From: Klebsormidium nitens
Lineage: Eukaryota; Plantae; Klebsormidiophyceae
DNA: 64,000 bases
NCBI GenBank assembly: GCA_000708835.1
Contig: DF237268.1
Span: 39,197-103,196, forward strand
Direction: 5' to 3'
Part shown: piece after piece, positions 22,858 to 40,547 of the stretch
Numbering within the stretch: the stretch's first letter is position 1
How the letters are laid out: each line of letters begins with the position of its first letter
Notes under the pieces: model-generated
What the model saw: the letters and a program-made list of their open reading frames with translations, nothing else
Told to the model about the DNA's origin: nothing
Databases searched by the model: none
Translations under genes and position numbers: made by a program

Positions 22858-24727
22858 TCACTCGAAAACAACATCCGACCGCAGCACGTACTTGACTCCT
22901 TGCTTGACCTCCCTGGCCTCATGCAAAAGGCATCTGTCCCCATGGACATGCAGCAAAGCAAGGCCAGTTTCTGGGGCCACCTGCAAACATTTGTTAAAAC
23001 AAGCTAGATGATCCTCGCAATTCGACCCTGCTAGGAGGAAACGGAATGGCCTAAGCCTTTCTGTCCTGAGAATACGTAGTCATGTTGAGGCATCGAGTCT
23101 CCAAAGCAGCATTCTCAAGGTAATTCGTTCCTTTTTGTATTAAGCCTTGTGCACGACATGTCAAAGTCGACCATCTTGCTCCAAAGGACGTACCTTGGCC
23201 ACTTGTACTCCTCTTCGTCCATAGAAGACTGTCTCTCCTCCTTTTAGTGCTTCCTTCTCTGGGGCCGTCGTCCTCCCTCCCGAAAGATAGACAAGTAGTG
23301 TATACCCAGTATAGAGGCCACGATCGACTCGAACACTCTCGTCTACGTGCTTGCCGAATTTTTGCCCCTTCTCATACTTGTATATGCGCACTGCAACACC
23401 ACAATTGATGACCAGGGTCCATGTGTAGGCATGTTCTAGAACTGTATCGTCCCTTCACACAAGCACGATGTAATCACAACCGTCACAATGGTCATCTAGA
23501 CGAATCAGACTCTGGTGCAAGCTTTACTGAGACATGATATGAAGCAGAAGAACTTTGAGAGCAATCAATCCGAATGTGCTTACCGTTAGGATTGAATTTG
23601 CTGGGCCATTTGCCTTCTATCTGCAGTGATGGCGCTGTGCATTGTGAGACTTCGTAGCCAGTGTCCCTGTCATGATGACCTGGCCAAGGAGATGTCAATC
23701 TCGTTGTGTCTTCGACAGGTGTACGTGAGTTGAAAAAACAAGCTTTTAGTAGCAAGACAAGTGCGCCAGCACGCTGAGTCGAAATGGTACTCACCTGTAG
23801 TAGTTTGACAAGCAAAGAGCCTAAACCGCTGTCCCAGATGCTCTGCGCTAAGTCTGCATCCTCCACAGCAAGCCTTCCGTTGTCTCTGTAAGCCTGTACG
23901 CACAACCAGCTGCATAAAAGCCCTGCAGTGCCTTTTATTTGCTTATTTACGAGTTAAAGGGCGGCTACCAACCTTCCAACAGCAACATGCATTCAAGTAC
24001 CTACAATGAGAGAAATTTCTCTTCAACTTTGACCCCAGAGTAAACAACAAACGGTGCCAAAAGGAAACTTACTGCCACCAGTACTGAGTGTCACGTTGGT
24101 AACTGGGCTCTCGACGCCTGGCTTTGGCCTTGGGCTGGGCTTCTGTGTAAGCGGCGCCAAGAGAATGAAGCACAGTGGATGCCGGAAGCTTTCAAGGTTG
24201 GTAAGACAAAATAAATATAGGAAAAAGGTGGTGGGACAACCAGTGCAGTTGCCACCACTAGTGACCATCACCTCTCCAAACTTTGGACCCCGGCTGCCTT
24301 GATGCTGGAAGCGTCTAGTTTCAGCTGCCTCCACAAACCTGTGGCACTCCGCTTCTGAGAAGACTCCTTGAACAGTGAAGAGATCCAATTTATCACCACC
24401 GCCTAGCACCGTCAATTGCGACCCCAAGCTAGCTTTCTTCGCAATGCTTGGCCATTCCACATCACCGGTGCCACCTTGAAGAAGTTCCGTACGTGACCGA
24501 TCTTCAGGTTTCCTTTGGAAGGCAGCTTTGCTGCCTACTCCGAGTTCCATTCTCCTATTCCTTGTTATTGTCCCCCCAATTGACCGCCTTGGCAATAATA
24601 CTCTCCAGAATATTGTTTCAACAGGATTTGGATGGCATCTACCACCGTCAAAAGCACAGCTGGCCCAAACGAGATTGGCAGGACGACTGCTACAAGTGGC
24701 CCCACCAGCCCTTAGCATCCGTCTCAT
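22858..24727 (-). CDS. 2-oxoglutarate/Fe(II)-dependent dioxygenase (prolyl-4-hydroxylase-like); spliced
   Basis: Exons FTVQGVFSEAECHRFVEAAE, AYRDNGRLAVEDADLAQSIW, RIYKYEKGQKFGKHVDES (HxD), YTLLVYLSG..GGETVFY and GLALLHVHGDRCLLHEAREVKQGVKYVLRSDVVFE* (distal His and 2OG-binding Arg; TGA 22858-22860). Start is uncertain (ATG at 24727, 24718 or 24550). Confidence 0.85.
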
Positions 24728-25542
24728 GCTGACCAAGGGGACATAATAGATGAGTCGCGTATGCAGGCAAAATAAGAGCCTGCCCGAGGAGCGAATCGGC
24801 CGAAAGGTCGTGCATGGGTTCAACTTCAAGTCGCGGCAACTAGGACCTATTTAATACTTAAATTATGTTAAATAGCAGTCCCGGTTCTCCGCTGATGAGG
24901 CCGGTACATATGCTCAGACGGTACCCGGGTACCCCATTTTCCGAGGAGCAGGTCGGTCGCGGGCCGCGGCCGCCCTGCCCATCTTGTACGCCCACCGCGC
25001 GGCCGCTGGGCGAGGCCTGAAGAACAACAAGTATGACGTCGGATCAATGCGAAAGTGCCAAGTGTCACTCTTTCTTCTAAAACGGTACCGGCCGCCAAGT
25101 GAGATACTTAGGTCGGTCCTAGGCTGACCGACGCCTGCTTGCCAGCGGCAATACCTCGTCTCATGTGACCCGGTTTGCGGAAAGGTGCGTACCGGCTCGA
25201 CGACCTACACATCAATAATGATCACATGGTGAAGGACGGCCTCCGCATTGGCTCAGCATGCTCTGGCTGGGATTCAGGTCGCTAGCTTGCAAGAAGACGA
25301 GTCCGGAACGAGTTGTGCAACTGTGCCCCCAATTTTGCCCCCAATTCCTTCCAGATGCCTCCACTGTCAGATCTGCTAGCTTGCAGATACAGTAGTGCGT
25401 TCATTTTTCGATCTGCAGGCACCTGGCTGCGGGGAGCTCTTTTGTGCTGTAGGCGGACATCATTGTTCAGCTAGAGCTGCATGCAGCAGCCAGTTGAGTT
25501 GTGATCGGGGTTTGTTTTGCCGTGTTGAACCTGCTGGTTGAG

Positions 25543-28500
25543 ATGCTCCGCGCTTGTACAATCCACAAAGGCCAGTGCAGTCCTTTCCCCAGCATACCTA
25601 AGGTTGCAGCATTACGTGCTGGGGATTACTGGCAGGCAGCTCTCCTTGCAACCCCTTTGCGCAACAAAGGAGCTAGCAGGTGGTGTGAGTTGTGGGGAAA
25701 TCAAAGCATCTTCTCTGGAACAAAATTGAGAAAAGCCGCTTACACAAAAGGGACCGAAGCAAGCGGTTTGCAAGGAAGCGTTCGCTGCACTTCTCTAGCA
25801 GAAGTCGAAAGAGTTGAAGGTGACTACTTCAATTTATGCTTTTCAAGACAGATCAGATTTGATTCTTGAGTTCTCTGATTCTGATGAACAATTCAGATTC
25901 CCATCTGAAATTGAGGATATATCGAGCGTGCAGTGACCAGTCAGTGATTGTGGCATACCCTGTTTGCACTCGTCTATGAATGCAGCTCTGAAGCCAATCA
26001 ATGAGAACTTCCTAAGTACACTAGAGCAGGCTGCATACGTTCTATGAAGCCAACTTGTGCATATGAGTATCACTGCAGGGGTGTAGCTGCTGAGATCGCT
26101 TGCATATCTGCCAGTTTCGGCCAGCACCAGAGTCAGGAGCTTGAGGGACAACCTATGCATCAACACCATTGAATCAGAATGATGCTCTCGCAGGAATTCC
26201 CTACACTTCTGGCATGGCGCCAAAAGGTGGCAAAAAGGCGGCGCCGTCTCAGATGCGGAAGATGCTCCCCATGTCTATTCTTGAGGAGCACGTCTTGCGG
26301 TGGGATGCTGATGAAGCATCCAGGAAGCATGCTTTCCCCTCCTTATCCTTTGCCGACGCTACAAAGCGGGAGACGGCACTGGAAGGGGGAGCCACAGGCA
26401 GACACGGTGCAGCATTTGTCCCGCGCTGCAAGGAAAAGAATGACATGCAGATCACAGAGATGGAGGTGAGGCAGGCCTGGGCTGCCGCTTGCATTCCATG
26501 CATGTTGCTGCTGGTGTGGAAAGTAGAGTGGCTCCGTGTGCCTCGTTCACATCTTACTGCATGGAAGCCAGTTCACTGAGGAGTGCCTATGGATGTTATG
26601 AGCTTGACACCCCTATTGAGTCGCCGTAAGGTCCCACACATTCTTCTGCAAAGATCCAGTGGGCTCTCTCAGATACATGCCCCCTGTTCGATCTGTGTCT
26701 TTCCTCTCTTGGCCAGTTTCCCTTGGGCACCTCCTTTTACGGTGGTGGTGAAGTGTCTGGACCCTTGGAGCGGTCCGGCACTCGCATCTTTGCGTGGAAC
26801 ACGGACGCCTGGGGCTACGGCCGTGCCACCTCCAGCCTATACCAGTCCCACCCCTGGGTGCTCGTGCTGCTGCCGGACGGGACCGCACTGGGCGTCTTGG
26901 CCGACACCACCAGGAAATGCGAGGTGAGAATGCGCGCAGCTTGAGGGCGATGTCAGGTCCTGCAATAGAGGATTCCCCAAAGTGCCACCCTTGCTTGATG
27001 TCAATATAGCCATAGTGAGCTGTAGCTGGGACGGTTATACTTGTGCAAGGAGCTTTTCAAAGCTCGCAGCTTTTTCGATGTAGCTATTTTTCGACTGAAC
27101 CGGCCAAAAGATTTTTTTAAAGATCCCATTCAATCTCAATCTGCATTTCACTTTTTTTGTCGAAGTCTGGATCTCAAGCCCCACTTTCCCTGCTTGCAGT
27201 TGGACCTCCGCGAACAGGGCCTGCTGCGCTTCTCTGCCAGCGCCCCCTACCCGCTCATCACTTTCGGCCCCTACCCAAGCCCGGACAAGGTGGTGGCGGC
27301 TCTGGCGCGGGCAACAGGTAGGAATCAAGCTTGGGGCGTCTTCGTCATTTTAGTCTTAACCGTTGGAGAATATTGGAACGAACCTGCGAATTGTCAACAG
27401 TCAGAGTTTTCGCTTCATAGAGTCGGCTTGACAATCAATATTTGAAGATTGACGATATATTGAATTGCAGCCTCCAGGCCTTCGCTTGAAAGTGGAGCTT
27501 CAGACCTGCAATGAAGTTGCTTCGTCCGATTGCTTGGTCGAGGCGGGTCGAATCGAGGACAACGGCTTGAACACTTCGGTTTTTGTGCTCTTTTCAAAAT
27601 TGCGGATGACATTAACGTGTTGACAACGGACTTGAAATTGGGGCTCGGATTATTAGGGGAACCCTCGAACGTACACCAAAGGCCATCATAAAAGTTTTTG
27701 CTTGTTTTGCTGGGCCCATATGCGTCTTCTGGCTGCTTCCAGGTTTTCCTTTTCTACCCTCCCGCTGGGCACTGGGGTACCACCAGTGTCGGTTCAGCTA
27801 TGAGACTGCGGACAGAGTCAAGGAGGTCAGCCTCACCCTGTCTTTGTCCCCCCCGCTCGCTGCGATACCAACTGCATGCCCGTCGTGGCAGGTGCTATGC
27901 CGATGCCGGCGCGCTGGACGCTCGGCTACCACCAGTGCCGCTGGAGCTATGAGCCGGACGCGCGCGTGCGCGAGGTACGCTCGCCGATGACTGCCGTTGC
28001 TTCCTGTCATGCTTTCGAGGCCTTTGTTTGTATCTGCTCCACGTTGAGATGGCCGCTGAGTCCACTGTGCGGTACTGCTGAGTTATCAACGATGCTGCCA
28101 TGGCTGTGGCAGGTTGCGGCCACCTTCCGGGAGAAGCAGATCCCGTGCGACGTCATCTGGATGGACATCGACTACATGGTGAGCTCGCGGCGTCCGTCCT
28201 TACAAAGGACTCAGACCGGACTGCCATGTTTGGAGGTTTCGTTCGTTCAGACAACAGAACCTGACAGTCTTTTATCGCCAGTCAGTCCCCTCGTTCTGTG
28301 CGGTTATCTTTGCCAGATAGATATTCGGTCGACCGTACGTTTGGGCCTACTTGTGCTTCTCGTTGTAACCCAGCTGTCTTCGGAGCCGCTCATTGTGTGC
28401 AGGATAAGTTCCGGTGTTTCACATTCGACAAGGTGGGCCCCCTTCTCTCAGTTTCTTGGCGGCCAGTCTGTCTGCTTCCTGGTTGCTTAGACCTGCATGC

Positions 28501-31500
28501 TTGGCTCCTACTCAGGCTTCTCTGTGTTCCTTTTGAGGCGAGGCGTCGGCATCTGAAGATGTGCGCTCCCGAGGTGCTGACTGTGCGGCCGGTCCCACTC
28601 CGCTCTGATGCCTGGGGATGGCGTCCTGTGCAGCTCAACTTTGCGGACCCGAAACAGCTGGCGGCGGACCTGCACGAGCAGGGCTTCCGCGCCGTGTGGA
28701 TGATCGACCCCGGCATCAGCGCTACGCCGGGCTACTTTGCCTACGACTCGGGCGCGCAGCAGGACGCGTGGATCCTCAAGAAGGACGGCAAGCCCTTCAT
28801 CGGTATGCGCACCCACAGCCCCAGTCCCGCCAAGCCGCCCCGCTCGTTACACGTGTGTGCACTTTACTTCATCTACTAGGAATTCCGTTTTTGCAAAGTG
28901 GCCCGCTGAGAGGGACAGCGTCTCCATGCTCGTCTGTACGGCAGTCTCTTGAAGAAGCTGGCGGCTGCAGTTGCCCGCCTCCTCGTCCCATCCACTTCTC
29001 GACTGACATCTCACTGTCTTTCCATGGCTGTCCTGCTAAGACATTCCCCCCTGTGTGCTGCCAGGTGACGTGTGGCCGGGCCCGTGCGCGTTCCCCGACT
29101 TCACGATCGAGCGCGTACGCCAATGGTGGGCGGGCCTGATCGCCGATTACGCGGCCGAGGGAGTGGACGGCATCTGGAACGACATGAACGAGCCCGCAGT
29201 CTTCAAGGTCAGCCGCACGCGGTGCACAGTCTGCCGCTAAAGTGCAGCACAGTCTTTCCAGCAAAGTCTCCCAGGGCCCTGGCATAGTTTCTCGATTAAT
29301 TGTTTGAAGATGCAGCAGAGCAGTTCAGATGTTTTGAGGGCAACACTCTTCTCAAGAGAAAGGGACTCGGTTCCGCCTTATGAACATCGGCTTCCTCGCT
29401 GCTTCCCTGTCCCCATTCTTTTGTTGACCCTTCCCACATAAACGAAGTGAGAAAGGGTTGCTCGATCTCTAAATCAACCCTTGATTTGAGTAAAGAAACC
29501 CGAAAGGAAAAGGGGGCCACGGCTGACGCGCTTTTCTCCTCGGAACGCTCCATTCCTGAAGGTCTCCCTCCCCTGTCGCAGGTGATCAACAAGACGATGC
29601 CGGACAGCAACGTGCACCGCGGCGACCCCGGCCTGGGCGGGCGGCAGGCGCACACGCACTACCACAACGTGTACGGCATGCTCATGGCGCGCTCCACCTT
29701 CGAGGGCCTGCAGCAAGCGCGCCCCGACCAGCGCCCCTTCGTGCTGACGCGCGCCAATTACATCGGGGGCCACCGCTATGCTGCCACGTGGACGGGCGAC
29801 AACCTGGCCAACTGGGAGCACCTGCACTTCAGCATCCCCATGGTGCTCAATCTGGTGAGGCGGCCCGCGAGCGCCGCACCATACGGAAGCACAGCTTTTC
29901 CTAAAGGAGTGTGCGAGCTTGACGTTGCTTCCAGCCTGGTGCAAGCTCGCTGCCCTCCATCTAGGAGGCTCTCAGTTGTTGCGCACTAACTCTTTTGAGC
30001 GACGTCATCGCCGAAGACGGCACCTTGTAATCATTTCTCCGCTATCACGGCTGCTTCTTCACTAACCGCGCCTCTCTTCCGTGCAGGGCCTGAGCGGGCA
30101 GCCTTTCTCCGGCCCCGACATCGGCGGCTTTGTGGGCGACTCCAACCCGCGGCTGTACGGGCGGTGGATGGGCATCGGCGCACTGCTCCCGTTTGCGCGC
30201 GGCCACTCCGAGACCGGGACCATCGACCATGAGCCGTGGTCCTTCGGCGCCGAGTGCGAGGCGGTGTGCCGCGCGGCCATCCTGCGGCGGTACCGCCTGC
30301 TGCCGCACCTCTACACCCTCTTCCACCGAGCACACACGCAGGGCCTGCCCGTCGCCAGCCCGCTCTTCTTCGCAGGTGCCCGACGCGATGCTTGCTTTCG
30401 TAGCATGCCATGCCTGCCTCCATCCATGCTTCCAGCGACTAGAAAACTTCTCTGGATGTCGTGCCCTCTTGACGATGTTCGGTGACCCATGCATTAGTTG
30501 GAATGCAAATCTGCTCTTGGGAGCTGACACGTCCATGATTCATTGCGGATGAAAAGTGGCCGCACTCATTAATTGATGATCAAGATCTGGTTTGAGCCTT
30601 CAATTCTCATCTGATTTTCTTAGTGTCGGGCGGCTGTTGCCAGACCCGGCGGACCCTACGCTGCGCGGCGTGGAGGACTGCTTCCTGCTGGGCCCGCTGC
30701 TGGTGGCCGCCTCCACGGACCCCGCCTCCCCGGCGGACCGCTCCCGCCTGACGCTTCCCAAGGGCGCCTGGCGGAGCTTTGACTTCGCCGACTTCCACCC
30801 CGACCTGCCGCTGCTGCTGCTGCGGGGAGGAGGCATCGTGCCCGCGGGCCGCGCGATTCAGCACACGGCGGAGAGCACGCCGGACGACCCGCTAACGCTC
30901 ATCGTCAGCCTGGACGAAAACGGTGCGTGGCGGGCTGCGAAGAGCCGCTGCTAAGCTCCTCTGATGAGCAGGCCAGATGCAAAGAGTTCCGTCAGAAGCT
31001 CATGTGATTCTCCGAAATCCCGTCCACTTCTTTCCTCTGAGGGGTGGACAATCTGCAGATGAGCACCTGTTGAGCGGCCTGGCAGTGATCAAGTCAAATG
31101 TACCACGGCTTGACCCCCTTTGTGCGGTTCTGTCCCTCTTGCTGTGTTGTCTCAACGACGGCCCGACCCCCTTCTCCCCGTCTCGTCCCTCTTTTGCCTA
31201 CGCCCTCTTTCTGTTGTCCCTGTTGCACTCCCAGATTCCTTCTGGGTAGGCCTCTGATGTCTTGGCAACTTTACCGTTCTACTTGTGATCCACACGAGCG
31301 TAACGGCTGTCTTGGCTGCCAGGTGCGGCGGAGGGCTTGCTCTTCGAAGACGAAAACGAGGGGTACGCGTACCGCTCTGGGGGCTACCTGCTGACCACGT
31401 ACGAGGCCGTGAGCACGTCCGGGCAGGTCACGGTCCGGGTACAGAAGACGGAGGGCAGCCGGGCCCGGCCTCGGCGGAAGCTGGCGGTGCGGTTGTTGCT

Positions 31501-33541
31501 GGAGGACGGCGTGGAGGTCACCGGCGACGGCTGGGACGGCGAACCGGTTGCGGTAGCGCTGCCCAGCCCCCAACAGCTGCAGGCCATGGTCGCCGCGCAA
31601 CAGAACCAGCGAAAAACAGGTGCGCCAGCATCGGCCCGTGTATTTGCGTCCGCTTCAGGATTATCTGCCTGCCAGTGCCTTTTCGGGCAGCTCTTGTAGC
31701 CCCTCGAGACATACCATGTCTCGCTAAGGTGGGATATCGAACACTGGCGTCTCGTTTGACTTGACCGCAGCAGTAGTGCCCTTTCTCGGGACATTCCGCT
31801 TCGAAAAGCTGACCGCGCCGGAAGAGCCTGCACCCAAGAATTTCTTGGTCGACAGCGGATTATGGCAACCCTTGATCCAATAAAAACAGTACCTCCCCTG
31901 ATCTAACTTCGCTGCCCTGCGTCCAGCGGTGGCGGGTCCTCTGAGCGAGGCCGGCGAGGACGAGCCGGTGAAGGGCGCGGGCACGACCAAGACGATCGTG
32001 GAGATGGCGAGCGGCGCGTGGCTGCTGCGCGTGGCGCCCTGGGCGGGCGGCCGCATTGTGAGCCTGGTGCACGCGGGCAGCGGGCGGGAGCTGCTGGCGG
32101 GCACGCTGGACAAGGGCGGCTACGAGGAGTACACGGGAACCGAGTACCGCTCGCCCGGCTGCACCGAGCCGTACCGCATCACCGCGTAAGCACCGCAGCG
32201 CCTGTCACCACCGGGCTGCAGGCTGACCTCGGGAACACGGTCATGAGAAGCAGAGAGCAGCTGCTTAAGGGACAACACAAGCAGTTTCGTTGCTTGCGGC
32301 AGCCGGACCCGACTTGGTGTCTCAGCCGGGTCCTCCCTGACGCGCTTGTTTTGCCTCGTGGGCTCCACTTCTGCGCCTTCGTCTGACCGTTCCTTTGCGT
32401 GTCTGCCTGCGCAGCCGGGAGGTTGAGCAGCTGGACGGAGAGGACGCTGTTGGCCTGGAAGCGGACGTGGGAGGGGGGCTCGCGTTGACGCGGCGCATTG
32501 CCGTGCCGCGCGGCATGCCCGACGTGGTCCAAATCAATTCTGCCATCGAGGCCCGCAGCATCGGAGCGGGCTCCGGCGGCTTTTCCCGGTGAGAGCCACA
32601 CCGCGATGTCTTAGAAGGCGTAAAACACATTTGGTTACCTCCCATTCGTGCTTACCTCGAGCGGTACCAAGTCGATGGCCGGCAAGCCCGCTCTCCGAAA
32701 TCTGCTTGCAGCATACCCAGCAAATAGAGGTTGCAGCGGCGAAAGAGCGAGAATCTTACGTGACACAAGGTGACGTGATTCGAGCTAGCCGCATTTGCTG
32801 AGCGGTGCGTGCGATGCAGGCTGGTGTGCTTGCGCGCCCACCCCAGCTTCAAGCTGGCCAACCCGGCCAACGCGGTCATCAGCTTCAAGTCCGTCCGGGG
32901 GGACGACGTCGAGCTGACCGCCGAGTTTGGCGAGGCGACCCTCCGGGGCGACGACCGGCCCAACGGTGAGCCGCCACAAAACCTCGGTTACAGAACCCGG
33001 GCATTAAAGTTACAAGCCTTATCTCGCCCTTGCCATCTCTGCTAAGGGTGTTGAGACTGGGTCGCGGTCGATGTTGATACCTTTTGGGTGAGTCTTTGAA
33101 ACGGTCAGACGGGCCTTCTACTACCGATTGGTGGTAATGTGCTATCGTCCTCCTAAGACCATGCTACCAAAACTCCGATGCTGCAAATGTAACTGCTCAG
33201 AGGTTTTGCGAGCAAAGGCAATTGCCAATAAACGCAGCTAAGGAATGGACGCGTAATCTACCGTCGTAATAGACTCGATGAGGGACGGAACAAGGTCGTG
33301 TGAGCTTTTCAGTAATCCTAACTAGCATCTGGGCTGTTTGGCAGGGGTGTGGACGCTGTCCAACAGCGAAACGGGCCTCGCAATCGCCAACCACTTTGAG
33401 ATTGATCAAGTTGCAATCTGCTTCGTTCATTGGGAGGCCACCAGCGTGAATCTCGAGTTGTGGTCTCAAGAACGGCCAGTGTCCGCTGAAAGCCCCATCC
33501 AACTCTCCCACTATTACTCTATCAAGGAGATCTCAAAGTAA
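25543..33541 (+). CDS. HGL1: GH31 alpha-glucosidase, heteroglycan glucosidase 1 (HGL1) type; spliced
   Basis: FYGGGEVSGPLERSG..WNTDAWGYG..LYQSHPWVL, RWTLGYHQCRWSY, IPCDVIWMDIDYM, 30-nt exon DKFRCFTFDK, VWPGPCAFPDFT, GIWNDMNEPAVF (nucleophile), YAATWTGDN (acid/base), FSGPDIGGF, PFARGHSE, HPDLPLLLLRGG, plus the plant HGL1 C-terminal domain (PWAGGRIVSL..GYEEYTGTEYRSPGC..VNLELWSQERPVS). The 5' exon from ATG 25543 splices in phase to GIPYTSGMAPK; that start is less certain. Confidence 0.93.
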
Positions 33542-34915
33542 AGGTCGTGCAGGAAATGGTGCGCTCAAGCTTAGCAGCGTTGTAAGCTTACAGATACAGA
33601 ATAGAGCAGATTACAACAAGTTGGCAAAGAATTTAGCGGTCGTCTCAATCGAAAATGAGACTTCGTTTGGTCAAGCGGCAACATTCAACCATCTTCAAGT
33701 ATCACGCAGTCATTGCACAGTCGGACCGGTTTTCCATGCGACATCGGTGGTACTAAGCTCATGCAGTAGCCTACGGTTTTTAATATCATTGCTGTACGTA
33801 CATCCATACAATATATCGTACCGTCATACAATCAGATCTTAACATTGTATCATGTGCAATATGCTCGTTTCTTGACACCATATGCACTCTACCACGCTCA
33901 TGCACTGCATGCCAGTGACACAGCCACCGGGCGACCAACGCGACAGCTCTGTATTTTTGAACATGCATGGCATTCAATCGTTGGTCTCTTTGGCCACTGG
34001 CCACACAGTGACCGTTGTGCCGGGTTATGTAGCCCGGCGGCCGGCGAGCATTGAAATATTCAAGATCATCGTGAAATTGTTACTAGGGAGCAATCCTGAG
34101 CCCTCCATATAATTCGCGCCATCATTGCGGCTGGAGCGCACTTAGCAGTATCAATAAATGTGAATGTTGCATGTGCCGGTTGCAGCACACCATGTGGCAT
34201 GCATGCAGTATATACCACCAATGATGCGCTAAGCCCATGCTGGCTACGTACAGTGACCGTACCGTATACACATGCATATTTGGACGGTCACGCGAACTAC
34301 CGGTGTGCATGATTTTATCGAAGATGTTAACTTACTACACATACATGCACGCTTTCACACATATAAAATGAATGATTGGCATTCAATTATGCTTAAGCCA
34401 ACCTGCCAGAACACTACATATACAAATGCGAGCCTGCAACTAATGTACGGCCGGTAAGGTAAGTGCCTCCCGAGTCAATTAATATTTTGATCAGTAACAT
34501 GCATTGAGAATCTTGTCAAGACTCTACCATGACTTCAGATAGTAGGGCCCAGCAGCCTGGCGGCATGTCGCAGGGCTTCAATCTCGCTGGGAGGATAATG
34601 AAAGTAATGGCACCATACGAGATCTACTGAGATTGCGCACCAGATCATGTCATCCTCCATTGAGATCGATCGAATAATCAATGGTTCTCCGAGCCTTTGT
34701 TGCCAATCTCTGAGCAGGAAGACCTAGTAGGGCTGATCATAGTCGACCATGAAGCCAAGCAGCATAATCCTTTGAACGACAGGTAATCTATTGGCGGGAT
34801 TGCTATACATGTAATTACACAACACGCCTATGAAGGAGGCATTCGACTTCGTCTTCATACCACAGGCCCCGGGGGCTGGGCGTACCTTTCCCTGCTACAC
34901 TTTACCACTTGCAAG

Positions 34916-39886
<4,971 letters not shown>

Positions 39887-40547
39887 CTTGGACGTCTGAA
39901 GATCTTGCACCTGTTTTCAATGTGCGCTTGACACAATTGGCGCCTTTTAAATTGGATTCAGCAGCTTGATGCGAGCAGGGAGGCCAGCAGAAGCGCATTC
40001 CACCCTGTTCTTCGATCGTCCTGCTTCCAACCGTGTTCTCTGCCAGTGCCAGAGAGAAGTGAAGGCTGAACTGTCATCGAGCATGGGATCGAGGACGCCA
40101 GCACTGGTCCGCAACTGTATTCAAGGGTATACCCATCTGAAAGCCCTCAATCTTCGGGACGCTCGTTCGTGCAACTGGGATCGTTCAGATTGAGAGAACT
40201 GTCATCGGAAGGTGTTGGAACAGCCAAGGCGGTCTCCGAGTTGCCCCCACTAGGAATCCTAATCTTCAGCATTGCTGCCATCATGCTCGTACTCAATGCG
40301 GAGTCCTGTTCTGGAGGTTCAAGCTTTGAACTCTGCGCTTGCAAATCAGATTCAGAATCACAGTCCTTTCTTTGAACTTCATTTCTAGATTGATCAATGG
40401 TGAATGCAATGCGCACTGTGTAAGTCTTACTGTTGTCCTTCTGAAACCTGGTCACTGCCTTGCTGCCAATCTCAACTCCTATAGCAACGATACTCCAACT
40501 CGTCAAGTTTGAGGGGAGCCGCTTGTCTAAGCAGTAGGACGCTGGAG
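39887..40547. promoter_or_regulatory. Probable shared (bidirectional) promoter region of VHA-A and NRPB3
   Basis: The two housekeeping genes are head-to-head with only 661 bp between their ATGs. No specific cis-element was identified. Confidence 0.5.

Noticed and set aside
24892-24960. CTGATGA hammerhead-ribozyme-like core
   Set aside because: There is no GAAA after a stem II, so the catalytic core is incomplete.
30961-30990. CTGATGA-gca..tgc-AAA hammerhead-like arrangement in an HGL1 intron
   Set aside because: It lacks the invariant G of GAAA, and no stems I/III could be formed.
40147-40506. 119-codon minus-strand ORF (TTG start; internal ATG gives 45 aa) upstream of VHA-A
   Set aside because: No homology or codon-bias support, and it is unknown whether it is transcribed. 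At most it is a candidate uORF.
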